A stretch of 64,000 nt of DNA from Anaerolineae bacterium (GTDB taxonomy: Bacteria; Chloroflexota; Anaerolineae; UBA1429): contig JAXGNH010000003.1 of assembly GCA_040768165.1 (NCBI GenBank), forward strand, positions 290,641 through 354,640, in the 5' to 3' direction. Each line of letters begins with the position of its first letter. Within the stretch, counting starts at the first letter, position 1. Position numbers and translations under genes: made by a program. This document shows, piece by piece, positions 37,597 to 47,316 of this stretch. Below the pieces are notes generated by a model. It had not been told where the DNA came from. It saw only the letters and a program-made list of their open reading frames with translations, and ran no database searches.

Positions 37597-38832
37597 ATGA
37601 TGGCCACGCAATCACAGGACGCGTCCTATCGTGTGCGCGCCGTGCACTGCGATCACCGATCCGGCGACGAGGAGGTCTATGAGGCGCTCAAGCGGGTCAC
37701 CGCGCCCCTCGACCGCGCCTGGGAGAGGCTGCGCCGGGCGAACACCATCACGGTCAAGTTCAATCAGGCGTTCGTGCCGAGCCGGCTGGTGACCATCGGC
37801 GGCCAGCTGCAGGAGCTGGTCGACTACAAGGTCGCTCGCGCGCTGCTGCGCCTGCTCCGCGAGAATACCTCCGCCGAGATCCGCTGCGTCGAGATCAGCA
37901 CCATGGCGCACCACAACGAGGCGCTGACGCCGGAGGAGACGATGACGCTCCTCCCCGTGCTGCGCGAGTTCGACGTCCCTTGTATCGACGGCGACCTGCC
38001 ACCCCACAAGGTGTACGAGGTACCGGGCGGCGGCCTCATGTTCCGCCAGTACTGCCTTCCCGAGTCGGTGGGCGACACCGACGCCTTTATCTCGGTGCAA
38101 AAGATCAAGAACCACGCCTTCATGGGGGTGACCCTCTGCCTGAAGAACCTCTTTGGCCTGCCCCCCATGGAGCCCCACGGCCGGGCGCGGCAGTACTTTC
38201 ACCACCTGGTGCGCCTCCCCTACGTGTTGGTCGACCTGGGGCGCATCATCCAGCCGACGCTCAACATCATCGACGCCCTGGTGGGGCAGTCGGGGCGCGA
38301 GTGGGGCGGTGAGGGGCGCATCTGCGACGCGCTCGTTGCCGGCGACCACGTGATCGCCACTGACGCTGTGGGCGCCCACCTCATGGGCCACGACCCGCTG
38401 GGCGACTGGCCCGATCCGCCCTTCCGCCGCGACCGCAACGCCATCGCCATCGCCCACGAGGACGGCTTTGGCACCGCGCGGCTGGACGCCATCGACTACC
38501 AGTCCGAGGTACAGGCGCCCCTGGCCTCCTTCGACTCGGTGCAGACCGACCCGCCCGAGCTGGTGGCCGCCTGGCGGCGCTCCACCTGCGAGCAGGCGCT
38601 CTACTACCGCGACCACCGCAAGCAGTTCGTCGATCGCTACGCCGGCGAATACATCTTGCTACAGGACAACGAGGTGGTGTGGCACGACACGCAGAGCGAG
38701 CTGCGTCGCAGCCGCCGCGAGCTGGCCGGCGCCCGCCAAGAGTCCGCCATGTGGCTCAAACTCGTCGACCCCGACGAGGCCGAGGGCGAGCACTATGAGG
38801 TGTACGAGAAGACGTTGGCGCGCTTGACGTAG
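37597..38832 (+). CDS. DUF362-domain protein with C-terminal extension
   Basis: DUF362-like core (ITVKFNQAF…, ISVQKIKNH…). The extra C-terminal domain of about 130 aa is of unknown type. Confidence 0.55.
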   Translation: MMATQSQDASYRVRAVHCDHRSGDEEVYEALKRVTAPLDRAWERLRRANTITVKFNQAFVPSRLVTIGGQLQELVDYKVARALLRLLRENTSAEIRCVEISTMAHHNEALTPEETMTLLPVLREFDVPCIDGDLPPHKVYEVPGGGLMFRQYCLPESVGDTDAFISVQKIKNHAFMGVTLCLKNLFGLPPMEPHGRARQYFHHLVRLPYVLVDLGRIIQPTLNIIDALVGQSGREWGGEGRICDALVAGDHVIATDAVGAHLMGHDPLGDWPDPPFRRDRNAIAIAHEDGFGTARLDAIDYQSEVQAPLASFDSVQTDPPELVAAWRRSTCEQALYYRDHRKQFVDRYAGEYILLQDNEVVWHDTQSELRRSRRELAGARQESAMWLKLVDPDEAEGEHYEVYEKTLARLT

Positions 38833-38876
38833 CGATCGCCGATAGCCGATAGCTCATCCACAGAGGAGCATCCACC

Positions 38877-39737
38877 ATGCGCCGCATCCCTCGCTCCCAG
38901 ACCGTCCCCGTCGACAAGCGCTACCGCGTCTTTGAGCCGGTGGCGGAGGTCGATCTGGGTGAATCGGTCATCGTCGAGACGATCACCTTTCGCACGCCGA
39001 TCATCTGCACGCCGGAGGACGCCAACCCGACGACTTTCCGTGAGCGCGAGGAGACGGGGCCGATCTACGTCCGAGGTGTAGCGCCTGGCGACGTGCTGGC
39101 GATCCACATCGAGGCCATCGAGCCGGTGGGGCACGCCAGCGGCGGGTGGTGGCGCGATCCGTCAGAGAACGCCTTCCTGGAGGTCGCGGGCGACCGAGTG
39201 CTCTTCCCCGGTGGGCTGTGGGCGCCGCTGCGCCCCATGATCGGCGACATCTATGTGACGCCCGAGGGCCACTGCCCGGCCAACCCCTGAGACAACGGCG
39301 GCAGCATGGATTTCAAGGACGTGGCGCCGGGGAACACGCTGTACCTGCGGGCGGAGCGTGAGGGCGGCTTGCTGGTGTTGGGCGACGTCCACGCCTGCCA
39401 GGGGGACGGCGAGATCCTCGGCCTGGGCGCCGAGTGCGCCGCCGACGTGACGATCCGCGTCACCAAGGACGACACCTACCTGCCGATGCGCCCGATGGTG
39501 CTCACAGAGGGCGGGTTCGTGTGCATCGCCAGCCGCCCCACGTACGCCGAGGCGCGAGACCTGGCCGCCAACGATGCCGCCGACATCCTGGCCCGCGTAG
39601 CCGGCGTCACACGCCAAGAGGCCTACCTGTATGTCACCACCGTAGGTGACCTGCGCAACGGCGCCGTATGGGTCCTCGGCCGCAACGATATCCCACCCAC
39701 GGTGGGGCTGGAAGTGCCGCTGTATGCGCTCACGTAA
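38877..39737 (+). pseudogene. Acetamidase/formamidase (FmdA_AmdA) family gene interrupted by in-frame TGA at 39288-39290
   Basis: ORFs 38877-39290 and 39306-39737 are in the same frame: …EGHCPANP*DNGGSMDFKD… The family motif GDVHACQGDGEI lies in the downstream half. Confidence 0.6.
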
Positions 39738-39756
39738 CGCGAAGAGACTCTGACCA

Positions 39757-39826
39757 CGGGCTATTGGCCATTGACTCTTGGCTGTTGGCTGCTAGCCCCG
39801 GCCAAGAGCTAACAGCCAACAGCCCG
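39757..39826. repeat. Heptamer-based inverted-repeat element, family B (GGCTGTT units), upstream of sulfatase
   Basis: CGGGCTATTGGCCATTGACTCTTGGCTGTTGGCTGCTAGC…GCTAACAGCCAACAGCCCG. Confidence 0.6.
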
Positions 39827-39858
39827 TTGAGCGCCCATCACGATAGGAGAGACGAACC

Positions 39859-41325
39859 GTGCCCAACGACCGCCGCCCCAACATCCTCATCGTCATGACC
39901 GACCAGGAGCAGGGGGGAGTGCTCGATCCGGGGCATCCCTGCCGCACGCCCAACGCCGACCGGCTGGCGGCGGAGGGGCTGCGCTTCGACCGCACCTACA
40001 CTACCACGGCCCACTGCTGCCCCTCGCGCGCCACGTTCATGACGGGGCTGTACCCCAGCCACCACGGCATCCATAACAACGTGCTGAACGATGCCGCGCA
40101 GCATGTGTCGCTCAAGCCGGGCGTGACTACCTTTAGCGAGGTGCTGCGCGATGCCGGCTATGCGCTGGGGTTCTCGGGCAAGTGGCACGTCTCGGCTACG
40201 GAGCAGCCCAAGGATCGGGGCTGGGAGCAGTACCATGCCACAGCGATCCAGGGAGAGTGGCACGGGATGCGCTGGGAGCGTTTCCGCGAACTCGCCCGTG
40301 AGTCCGAGTGCGACGCGCCGCGGGGGCGGGGCGAGCTGCTGCGCCCCGGCTGGGGCCGCTACCGCCTGTATGGCACGTCGGAGCCCAACCCCGAGGCGGA
40401 CCCCTTTGTGCCGGGCGACCTCCACACGGTGCAGACGGGGATTCGCGCGCTGGGCGACCTGGCGCGCCAGGACAAGCCCTGGTGTCTCTTCGTGGGGACG
40501 GTGGGGCCGCACGACCCCTATATCATCCCCGAGCACTATGCCACCATGTACGACCCGGCCGACGTAGATCTGCCGCCGAGCTACCACGACACGCTGCTGG
40601 ACAAGCCGCGCATCTACCAGCGGCAGCGGCGCTTTTGGTCGCAGCTGACTGAGGACGAGTATCGCGAGGCGATCGCCCACTATTGGGGCTACTGTACCAT
40701 GCAGGACGATCTGCTGGGGAAGGTGCTCGAGGCGCTGGAGGCTAGCGGCCAGGCCGATGACACGCTGGTGATCTTTTGCTCGGACCACGGCGACTATGCC
40801 GGGGCGCACGGGCTGTTCATGAAGGGTGTGGCGGCATTCGACGAGTGCTACCGCGTCCCGTTCGTGGCGCGCTGGCCGCGCGGCATCGCCCGGCCGGGGC
40901 GGGTGGTGGAAGAGTTCGTCAGCCTGGCGGATTTCGCGCCCACCTTTGCCGATCTGGCGGGCGTCGAGATGCCGGCCACCAGCGGGGGGAGCCTGGTACC
41001 GTTCCTGCGCGACGAGCGCCCCGCCGACTGGCCCGACGCCATGTACAGCCAGTTCAACGGCGTTGAGTTGTACTACAGCCAGCGCTTTGTCCAGACGAAG
41101 GAATGGAAGTACGTCTACAACGGCTTTGACTTTGACGAGCTGTACCACCTGAGCGAGGATCCCCACTGCCTGCGCAACCTGGCGGAGGATCCTCGCTTTC
41201 GGCCCGTCGTCGAGGCGATGTGCCGTCGCATGTGGCGCCGTGGCTACGCGGAGCGCGACATCGACTGCAACCCCTACCCCACGGTGAGTATGGCGCCGTT
41301 CGGGCCGGCGGTGGGGTTGGAATAG
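39859..41325 (+). CDS. Sulfatase (formylglycine-dependent arylsulfatase family)
   Basis: CCPSRATFMTG (C-x-P-x-R FGly motif). N-terminal ILIVMTDQ. 488 aa with a GTG start. Confidence 0.85.
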   Translation: MPNDRRPNILIVMTDQEQGGVLDPGHPCRTPNADRLAAEGLRFDRTYTTTAHCCPSRATFMTGLYPSHHGIHNNVLNDAAQHVSLKPGVTTFSEVLRDAGYALGFSGKWHVSATEQPKDRGWEQYHATAIQGEWHGMRWERFRELARESECDAPRGRGELLRPGWGRYRLYGTSEPNPEADPFVPGDLHTVQTGIRALGDLARQDKPWCLFVGTVGPHDPYIIPEHYATMYDPADVDLPPSYHDTLLDKPRIYQRQRRFWSQLTEDEYREAIAHYWGYCTMQDDLLGKVLEALEASGQADDTLVIFCSDHGDYAGAHGLFMKGVAAFDECYRVPFVARWPRGIARPGRVVEEFVSLADFAPTFADLAGVEMPATSGGSLVPFLRDERPADWPDAMYSQFNGVELYYSQRFVQTKEWKYVYNGFDFDELYHLSEDPHCLRNLAEDPRFRPVVEAMCRRMWRRGYAERDIDCNPYPTVSMAPFGPAVGLE

Positions 41326-41507
41326 CTGTCGGCGGTCGGCGGTCAGCTGTCAGCTGACGGGCTGTTGGCTGTGAGCATTTGGCTCGACCTGCCTTCCTCG
41401 AGGAGTCCAACGGCCAAGAGCCAAGCGCCAACCGCTAATAGCCAACACCCCGCCAACTGACGACTGATCACTGACAACTGACAGCCGACAGCCGACAGCT
41501 GACCGCC
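41324..41507. repeat. Composite family-B inverted repeat (GTCGGCG/GTCAGCT heptamers outside, GGCTGTT/GCCAAGAG units inside), downstream of sulfatase
   Basis: AGCTGTCGGCGGTCGGCGGTCAGCTGTCAGCTGAC … GGCTGTTGGCTG … GCCAAGAGCCAAGCGCCAACCGCTAATAGCCAACAC … CTGACAACTGACAGCCGACAGCCGACAGCTGACCGCC. Confidence 0.6.
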
Positions 41508-41511
41508 TTGA

Positions 41512-42555
41512 TTACCACGGCAGCCGCCGCGCGTTGATGAACAGCCCGTCGTGGGGCAGCTCGCGCAGGAGATACTGCTCTTCCTCTTCCGAGAGCGGCC
41601 CGTACAGGATGAGCGCCTTCTTGCTCAGGATCTTTTGGAAGGCGGGCACCATCTGTTGCAGGGTCGGCGACCCGGCGCTCGTCTCCATGGTGATCTCGAA
41701 CGCGTGCAGTGCGTCCATCTCGAGCAAGACGTCGATGGTGTGCAGCGACGTGGAGTGCAGGTGCATCAGGGCAACGTCCACGGAGCGGCAGATGCGCTCG
41801 TCGTAAGGCATGAACCACTCGGCGTACTGCCTCGGCGACAGGATCGCCGAGGCGTCGCACTGCGTGCGCACAACCGTGCCCGGCGCCCACACGCCATAGG
41901 CGCTGACATAGCCGCCCTCGACCTGAGGGATGCGCGCCAGCTGGGCGTGGAGCGCCTCGATAAAGACCTCCGTCACCTCCTCCAGGAAGGCGCGCAGGCG
42001 GTCGGGGTGGTCGTACATCGACAGGCACATGAGTTCCGGCCCCAGCACCGCCTCCGCCAGGTCCGTCGGGCCGCGCATCGTCGGCTGCACGATGGCATAG
42101 CGCCCTCCGCTGCGGGCCGCCATCGTCTCCACCAGGTGTACCAGCAGGTCGAACCACGCGGCGCTGCGGTGCACGGGCCGCTGTTCCCACTCCTCCCAGT
42201 TCTTGACCGAGGATTGGGAGCGCATGCTGCCCCCCTGGATCGTGGCGCGGATGGGGCAGCCCAGGATCGCCTCCACCCAGGGGACGCGGCCGTAGGGGGC
42301 GCGCACGCTCAAGCGGTCGCCGCGCACCTCCAGCGGCCCCGGATCGAGGGGCTCCCCCACCAGGCGCTCCACGTCCAGGATATCGGGCGTCACCGTCACG
42401 TCGCTCGTGGCGAGCGTGCCGTCGGCCAGGGGCAACCACAGATCGCCCAGCCGCTGCCCCGGCCCCGCCATGTGTAGCATCCCCTGTCGGCGCCACCAAT
42501 CCTCGTGGCGTCGCTTGAGGTCGCGTCCGGCGTCATCGAGGTGTACCGCGACCAT
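41512..42555 (-). CDS. Hypothetical protein (possibly URO-D/MtaA-like fold)
   Basis: 347-aa ORF with good coding periodicity, flanked by real genes. No motif could be assigned confidently. Confidence 0.4.
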   Translation of the reverse strand: MVAVHLDDAGRDLKRRHEDWWRRQGMLHMAGPGQRLGDLWLPLADGTLATSDVTVTPDILDVERLVGEPLDPGPLEVRGDRLSVRAPYGRVPWVEAILGCPIRATIQGGSMRSQSSVKNWEEWEQRPVHRSAAWFDLLVHLVETMAARSGGRYAIVQPTMRGPTDLAEAVLGPELMCLSMYDHPDRLRAFLEEVTEVFIEALHAQLARIPQVEGGYVSAYGVWAPGTVVRTQCDASAILSPRQYAEWFMPYDERICRSVDVALMHLHSTSLHTIDVLLEMDALHAFEITMETSAGSPTLQQMVPAFQKILSKKALILYGPLSEEEEQYLLRELPHDGLFINARRLPW

Positions 42556-42558
42556 GAT

Positions 42559-43788
42559 CTACTCGTCCCCCCACCAGGGCTCGCCCTCAGCCATGTGGGC
42601 CCTCATGTACTCCATGTCGAAATCGATCCCGAGCCCGGGCAGCATCGAGACCCTTTGCTTGCCATCCTTGATGATCGGCGTGTTGCTGGCCGCCTCGGCT
42701 ACCTGGTCGGCCTCGCGCAGGCACTCGATCATGGGGCAGTTGAATATGGCGGCGGCGAACTGCTGCGACGCCTGGCCCAGCGCCCAGCTGCTGACGTTGT
42801 GCAGCGTGATGGGCGTGCGATAGGCCTCGGCCACGTCCACCATCTTTTTGCAGCCGGTGATGCCGCCGGCGTTCACCAGGTCGGGCTGCAGCACGTCCAC
42901 CGCTTGATTGGTGAGGAAGGGCAGCACCTGCTCGGGGCCATAGAGGTTCTCACCCGTCATGATCGCCAGGCGCGTGGCGCGGCGCAGGGCCAGCCAGTTG
43001 TCCGAGTAGGGGATGTCCAGCGGGTCCTCATAGTATAGCGGGTCGATCGGCTCCACGGCGCGGGCCACGCGCACGGCGCTGGGCAGGTCCAGCTCGTCGT
43101 GGCAGTGGACGATGATGTCGATATCGTCGCCGAACGACTCGCGCGCCAGGGCGTACATGCGGGCTACGTTGCGCTCCTCGCGGGGGCCCAGGCTCGTCAC
43201 CACCTGGCCGATGATGGCGCCAAAGGCGTGGTGGCTGTCCACCTTGAAGGCGCGGTAGCCGCGCGGGTCCTCCAGCAGCATCTGCGCCGTCTCGCGCCAC
43301 CAGCCCGCGTCGAGGTAGCGCTCGGGCGGGGCGTCGGGGCAGTGGGAGTAGAGGGGGATCCACTCGCGGAAGGTGCCGCCCAGGAGCTTGCACACCGGCT
43401 GCCCCAGCAGCTTGCCGGCCAGGTCCCACAGGGCGATGTCGACGCCGCTGAGGATGCGCACCTGGTTGCCGCGCTGCGGGACCTCGCGGAACATGTTCTG
43501 ATAGTGCAGCTCGATGGCCAGCGGATCCTTGCCGATGAGGCTGAGGTTCATGTGGCGGCCCCAGCCGGTATGCAGCCCGGCGATGACGTCGCGGGCCATG
43601 CGCCCCGAGCCCCCGCAGGGGCCATACCCCGAGACGCCGAGGTTGGTCTCGACCTTGATGAACGTGCGACGCGTGACGTTGCGCCCCTGCTTCTGGCCCA
43701 CGGGATAGACCGTATCGAGGTGGGCGATCTCCATCGCCTTGATCGCCGTGATCTTGGCGTCGCTGACCTGTTCTGGCGAGAGCGTCAT
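42559..43788 (-). CDS. Enolase-superfamily enzyme, mandelate racemase/muconate lactonizing (sugar-acid dehydratase-like)
   Basis: DIALWDLAGK, metal-ligand region IVHCHDELD…YEDP…, 409 aa. Confidence 0.75.
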   Translation of the reverse strand: MTLSPEQVSDAKITAIKAMEIAHLDTVYPVGQKQGRNVTRRTFIKVETNLGVSGYGPCGGSGRMARDVIAGLHTGWGRHMNLSLIGKDPLAIELHYQNMFREVPQRGNQVRILSGVDIALWDLAGKLLGQPVCKLLGGTFREWIPLYSHCPDAPPERYLDAGWWRETAQMLLEDPRGYRAFKVDSHHAFGAIIGQVVTSLGPREERNVARMYALARESFGDDIDIIVHCHDELDLPSAVRVARAVEPIDPLYYEDPLDIPYSDNWLALRRATRLAIMTGENLYGPEQVLPFLTNQAVDVLQPDLVNAGGITGCKKMVDVAEAYRTPITLHNVSSWALGQASQQFAAAIFNCPMIECLREADQVAEAASNTPIIKDGKQRVSMLPGLGIDFDMEYMRAHMAEGEPWWGDE

Positions 43789-43995
43789 GACATCTCCTCA
43801 GTGCGTGAAATGAAAGCCAGAGGGATCATAGTCGGGCACCGGACAACCGTCAAAGCGGAGCAGGTGCCGCCGGTGGTCGCCACTGCCGTTGACGTCGCTG
43901 CTGCTGCCGCCTACAATGGACATAAGAGGCGGCGCGTGCGGAGTCGGGTCGGCCGGCGCCGGCGCCGCCGCCACCCACCGAATCGGAGCACGCCG

Positions 43996-44712
43996 ATGAC
44001 GCGCCGCGCCGCGTGGCTCAAGGTTCTCGGCTTTGGCGCCGGCCTGGCGGCGAGCTACGGCCTCTATCGCGCCGCGCGCCGCCTGCGCGCCGAGTGTCCG
44101 CCGGTGGCGCGCCCCATGTACGGTGACGCTCGCGCGATGGTGGCGGACCTGCGCCCCTACTGGCAGCGCCCCGCAGAGATGGCCGACCTCTATCGCAGCA
44201 GCTTGCTCGCCCATCCCTTTGCCGCCAAGGTCGCCCTCGCGGCGTTGGGAGACGGGGAGTGCCGTGTAAGCGTTCGCCTGGCATACCTGTATGGCGTGGT
44301 GCGGGGGCTGGGCATCACCGAGGTGCGCTCGCTCCTGGACGGCGAGACGCTACACGCCACGGCCGGCGAGATGCCGGCCCTCCTCTTTGCGCGCCACTAT
44401 AGCCACACCGAGGGGATGCCCGATCCCCAGATGACCGTGGGCCTGATCGAGGCGTATGGCGAGCAGGGCGCCAACGACCTCCTCGGTTACCTGCGCGTGC
44501 TGCTGATCGTGCAGCGCATCGCCCGGTCGCTGGACGCCTTGATCAGCCGGTTGGTGGGCCGGCCCCGTCTCGATTCCACGCTCCGCGGCGAACTCGGGGT
44601 GGTGCTCGTGACGCTCCTGGGCGTCGCACCCCTCCTTCCCATCGTGCGCTGGCGCGCCCTCCGCACCGCCGCCGCGCGTCCGTCTCGCCCCCTGGAAACG
44701 CCCATCGAGTAG
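43996..44712 (+). CDS. Hypothetical membrane-associated protein
   Basis: 238 aa starting MTRRAAWLKVLGFGAGLAASYGLY, with hydrophobic N and C termini. No recognised motif. Confidence 0.4.
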   Translation: MTRRAAWLKVLGFGAGLAASYGLYRAARRLRAECPPVARPMYGDARAMVADLRPYWQRPAEMADLYRSSLLAHPFAAKVALAALGDGECRVSVRLAYLYGVVRGLGITEVRSLLDGETLHATAGEMPALLFARHYSHTEGMPDPQMTVGLIEAYGEQGANDLLGYLRVLLIVQRIARSLDALISRLVGRPRLDSTLRGELGVVLVTLLGVAPLLPIVRWRALRTAAARPSRPLETPIE

Positions 44713-44949
44713 CGGCCAAAACATCCCGCCCGGGCGCGCGTCGACCGCCGGCGCTAATCCCCCGGCGTCCCACCCTCGTTCGCCCCTTGGTACTCCCACG
44801 CTGAGCCACCGCCGCGCCCCAGCATTGCTGTCACTCAGGAGGATGATCTATAGTATTCCTATTGACTTACTTGTTTATTCGACATACACTGGGGTATGGA
44901 CATAGCGCATCCGAGCACCTATGTCATGAGATCACAAGGGGGCGTATCG

Positions 44950-45852
44950 ATGGATACCGTAACCTCGAGAGATGGCACGACCATCGCGTTCGATCGCGCC
45001 GGCCAGGGTCCGACGCTCATCATCGTCGATGGGGCGCTGGGCCATCGCGCGGCGCCTTTCGAGACGGCGCGGCTGGCGGCGCTACCGCTCCTTCAGGAGC
45101 ACTTGACCGTGATCTACTATGATCGGCGTGGACGAGGCGATAGCACCGACACCAAGCCGTACGCGATAGAGCGCGAGATCGAAGACATCGAAGCTCTGAT
45201 TGATAGCGCGGGTGGTTCCGCGTTCCTGTTCGGTATCTCTTCCGGGGCGGCGTTGGCCCTCGAGGCGGCGCTGGCCCTGGGGGACAAGGTGAAGGGCTTG
45301 GCGCTCTACGAGGCGCCCTACGACGACGACGAGGAGGCGCGCCGCGCGTGGCGAGAGTACCGCAGCCGGCTAGACGCCTTGCTCGCCGCCGACCGCCGCG
45401 GCGAGGCGGTGGCGCTCTTTATGCTGCTGGTCGGGATGCCGGCTGAGGCACTGGACGGCGTGCGTCAGCACCCCATGTGGCCCATGTTCGAGGCGGTCGC
45501 GCCGACCCTCGCCTACGACGCCGCCGTCATGGGGGAGGAGGCCTCCGTGCCGGTGGAACGAGCGGCCGCCCTGCGCGTCCCGACGTTGGTGATGGACGGC
45601 GGGGCGACCGAGTGGCCGTTCATGCGCATAACGGCGGACGCGCTCGCGGCGGCCATCCCCAGTGCGCGCCGCCGCACCCTCGAAGGACAGACGCACGAGG
45701 TCGCCGCCGAGGCCATCGCACCGGCCCTGATCGCGTTCTTTCGGCCCGAGGTGACTGTGAAGGGAGACGGGCGTGAGGAGCATGGAGAGACAGAGGGAGA
45801 CGACGATACACGTCGACGGGCTGAGGTTCCCGGAGAGCCCCAGGTGGCATGA
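44950..45852 (+). CDS. Alpha/beta hydrolase
   Basis: Nucleophile elbow GISSGA. HRAAP…YYDRRGRGDS N-terminal region. Confidence 0.7.
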   Translation: MDTVTSRDGTTIAFDRAGQGPTLIIVDGALGHRAAPFETARLAALPLLQEHLTVIYYDRRGRGDSTDTKPYAIEREIEDIEALIDSAGGSAFLFGISSGAALALEAALALGDKVKGLALYEAPYDDDEEARRAWREYRSRLDALLAADRRGEAVALFMLLVGMPAEALDGVRQHPMWPMFEAVAPTLAYDAAVMGEEASVPVERAAALRVPTLVMDGGATEWPFMRITADALAAAIPSARRRTLEGQTHEVAAEAIAPALIAFFRPEVTVKGDGREEHGETEGDDDTRRRAEVPGEPQVA

Positions 45853-46654
45853 CGGCTCTCTGTGGTTCACCGATCTCTATACGCAGCGCGTGCTGCAGGC
45901 CGACCCGAACGGCAACGTGCGGACCGTGGCCGAGCTACCGGACGTCCCATCGGGCATTGGCTGGACGCCCGACGGACGCCTGCTGATCGTTCAGGCTACG
46001 TCGCGCCAGTTGCTCAGGTTGGATGATGACGCGCCGGTCGTCGTCGCCGACCTGAGCGCGCACGTGATGTATCCGTGCAACGACATGGTCGTCGACGGGC
46101 TGGGCAGAGCGTACATCGGCAACATGGGATTCGACTTTGGCAACCCGGAGGCCGTTCCTGGGCCGGGGCCGATTCTGTTGGTCACGCCGGAGGGGAGCGC
46201 GCGGATCGCGGCCGAGGGGCTGGCCTTCCCCAACGGCATGGCGATCACGCCCGACGGGCGGACGCTGATCGTGGCGGAAAGCTATGCCGCCCGCCTGACC
46301 GCCTTCGAGATCGCGCCCGATGGTTCGCTCTCGGGCGGGCGAGTCTGGGCGTCGCTCGAATCCGCCGGCGCCCCCGGCGGCGAGCAGGTCACCCCCGACG
46401 GGATCTCGCTGGACGCCGAAGGGGCGCTGTGGGTCGCCTCCCCCGGCACGCGCGATGTCCTGCGGGTGCGCGAGGGCGGAGAGATCACCGAGCGCATCCC
46501 GCTTGGCGCCATCCCGGTGGCCTGTATGCTGGGAGGGCCGAGACGCCGCACGCTGTTCATCGCCACCGCCGAGAGTCTGGATCCCGGCGACACGGGGGCC
46601 GTGGGCCGCATCGAGGCGATCGAGGTGGACGTACCGGGCGTCGGCTTGCCCTAG
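45782..46654 (+). CDS. SMP-30/gluconolactonase/LRE-family protein
   Basis: ESPRWHDGSLWFTD, NDMVVDGLGRAYIG, beta-propeller repeats. Overlaps the preceding gene. Confidence 0.75.
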   Translation: MERQRETTIHVDGLRFPESPRWHDGSLWFTDLYTQRVLQADPNGNVRTVAELPDVPSGIGWTPDGRLLIVQATSRQLLRLDDDAPVVVADLSAHVMYPCNDMVVDGLGRAYIGNMGFDFGNPEAVPGPGPILLVTPEGSARIAAEGLAFPNGMAITPDGRTLIVAESYAARLTAFEIAPDGSLSGGRVWASLESAGAPGGEQVTPDGISLDAEGALWVASPGTRDVLRVREGGEITERIPLGAIPVACMLGGPRRRTLFIATAESLDPGDTGAVGRIEAIEVDVPGVGLP

Positions 46655-46907
46655 CGGGCGCGGACGACACACTGGCCACGGCACTGCGGCCCGACGCGGG
46701 GGCCGCGGGAGCGGCGTCGCCCGTCCAGTCATGAGACGCGATTGACGACGCGGCCTCGTGACCCTATACTCGCCGCTGCTTCAGGGCGGCCTGAAAGGCC
46801 CGCCGTAACGCGTAGACTCTTCGCGGAGATTGGATCGACTAGCAGTGGGAATGCATCAACCCCCAGGAGGACGCTGACGCCGCGCCCGGCGTAGCTGGGC
46901 ACGGCGC

Positions 46908-46968
46908 CTCGAACAGGGTGCTTCAGGCCATTGACGTCGCGTCAACGGCCTGAAGCACCCTGTTCGAG
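46908..46968. repeat. 28-bp near-perfect inverted repeat (1 mismatch) in a 660-bp intergenic region
   Basis: CTCGAACAGGGTGCTTCAGGCCATTGAC-gtcgc-GTCAACGGCCTGAAGCACCCTGTTCGAG. Confidence 0.6.
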
Positions 46969-47316
46969 ACCCCGCTGGACCGGGGCCGGGTACAACGGCC
47001 CGTCCCGGCACGACCACGCCCGTACGGGGTGCGGGGACTGCGACGTTGAGCCCTCGTACCCGAATGCCCGCACCCGTCGGTACCTGCGCTTTCGGGGCAT
47101 CCGCGTGATGATCCCCGGCGCAAGCCGCCCCACCGAAGGCGCTTCGGCCAGGCCACCTGATTGGGTGCCTCGTCGGCCGGCTGAGGCGGCCCAATCGTGT
47201 TGCTGCGCCCGACGTAGAGCGCGGCGCGAGCCAACCGAACGCGTGGGTGGCGGGCGTCGGCTACTCGCCTGGTTGATCATACTTTGGAGAGACTCTCCAC
47301 CACAGGCTGCGTGCAT

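Noticed and set aside
39288-39290. Selenocysteine recoding at the formamidase TGA
   Set aside because: No SECIS-like hairpin is evident immediately downstream, no selenoprotein machinery is in the window, and the family is not known to use Sec. A nonsense or sequencing error is more parsimonious.
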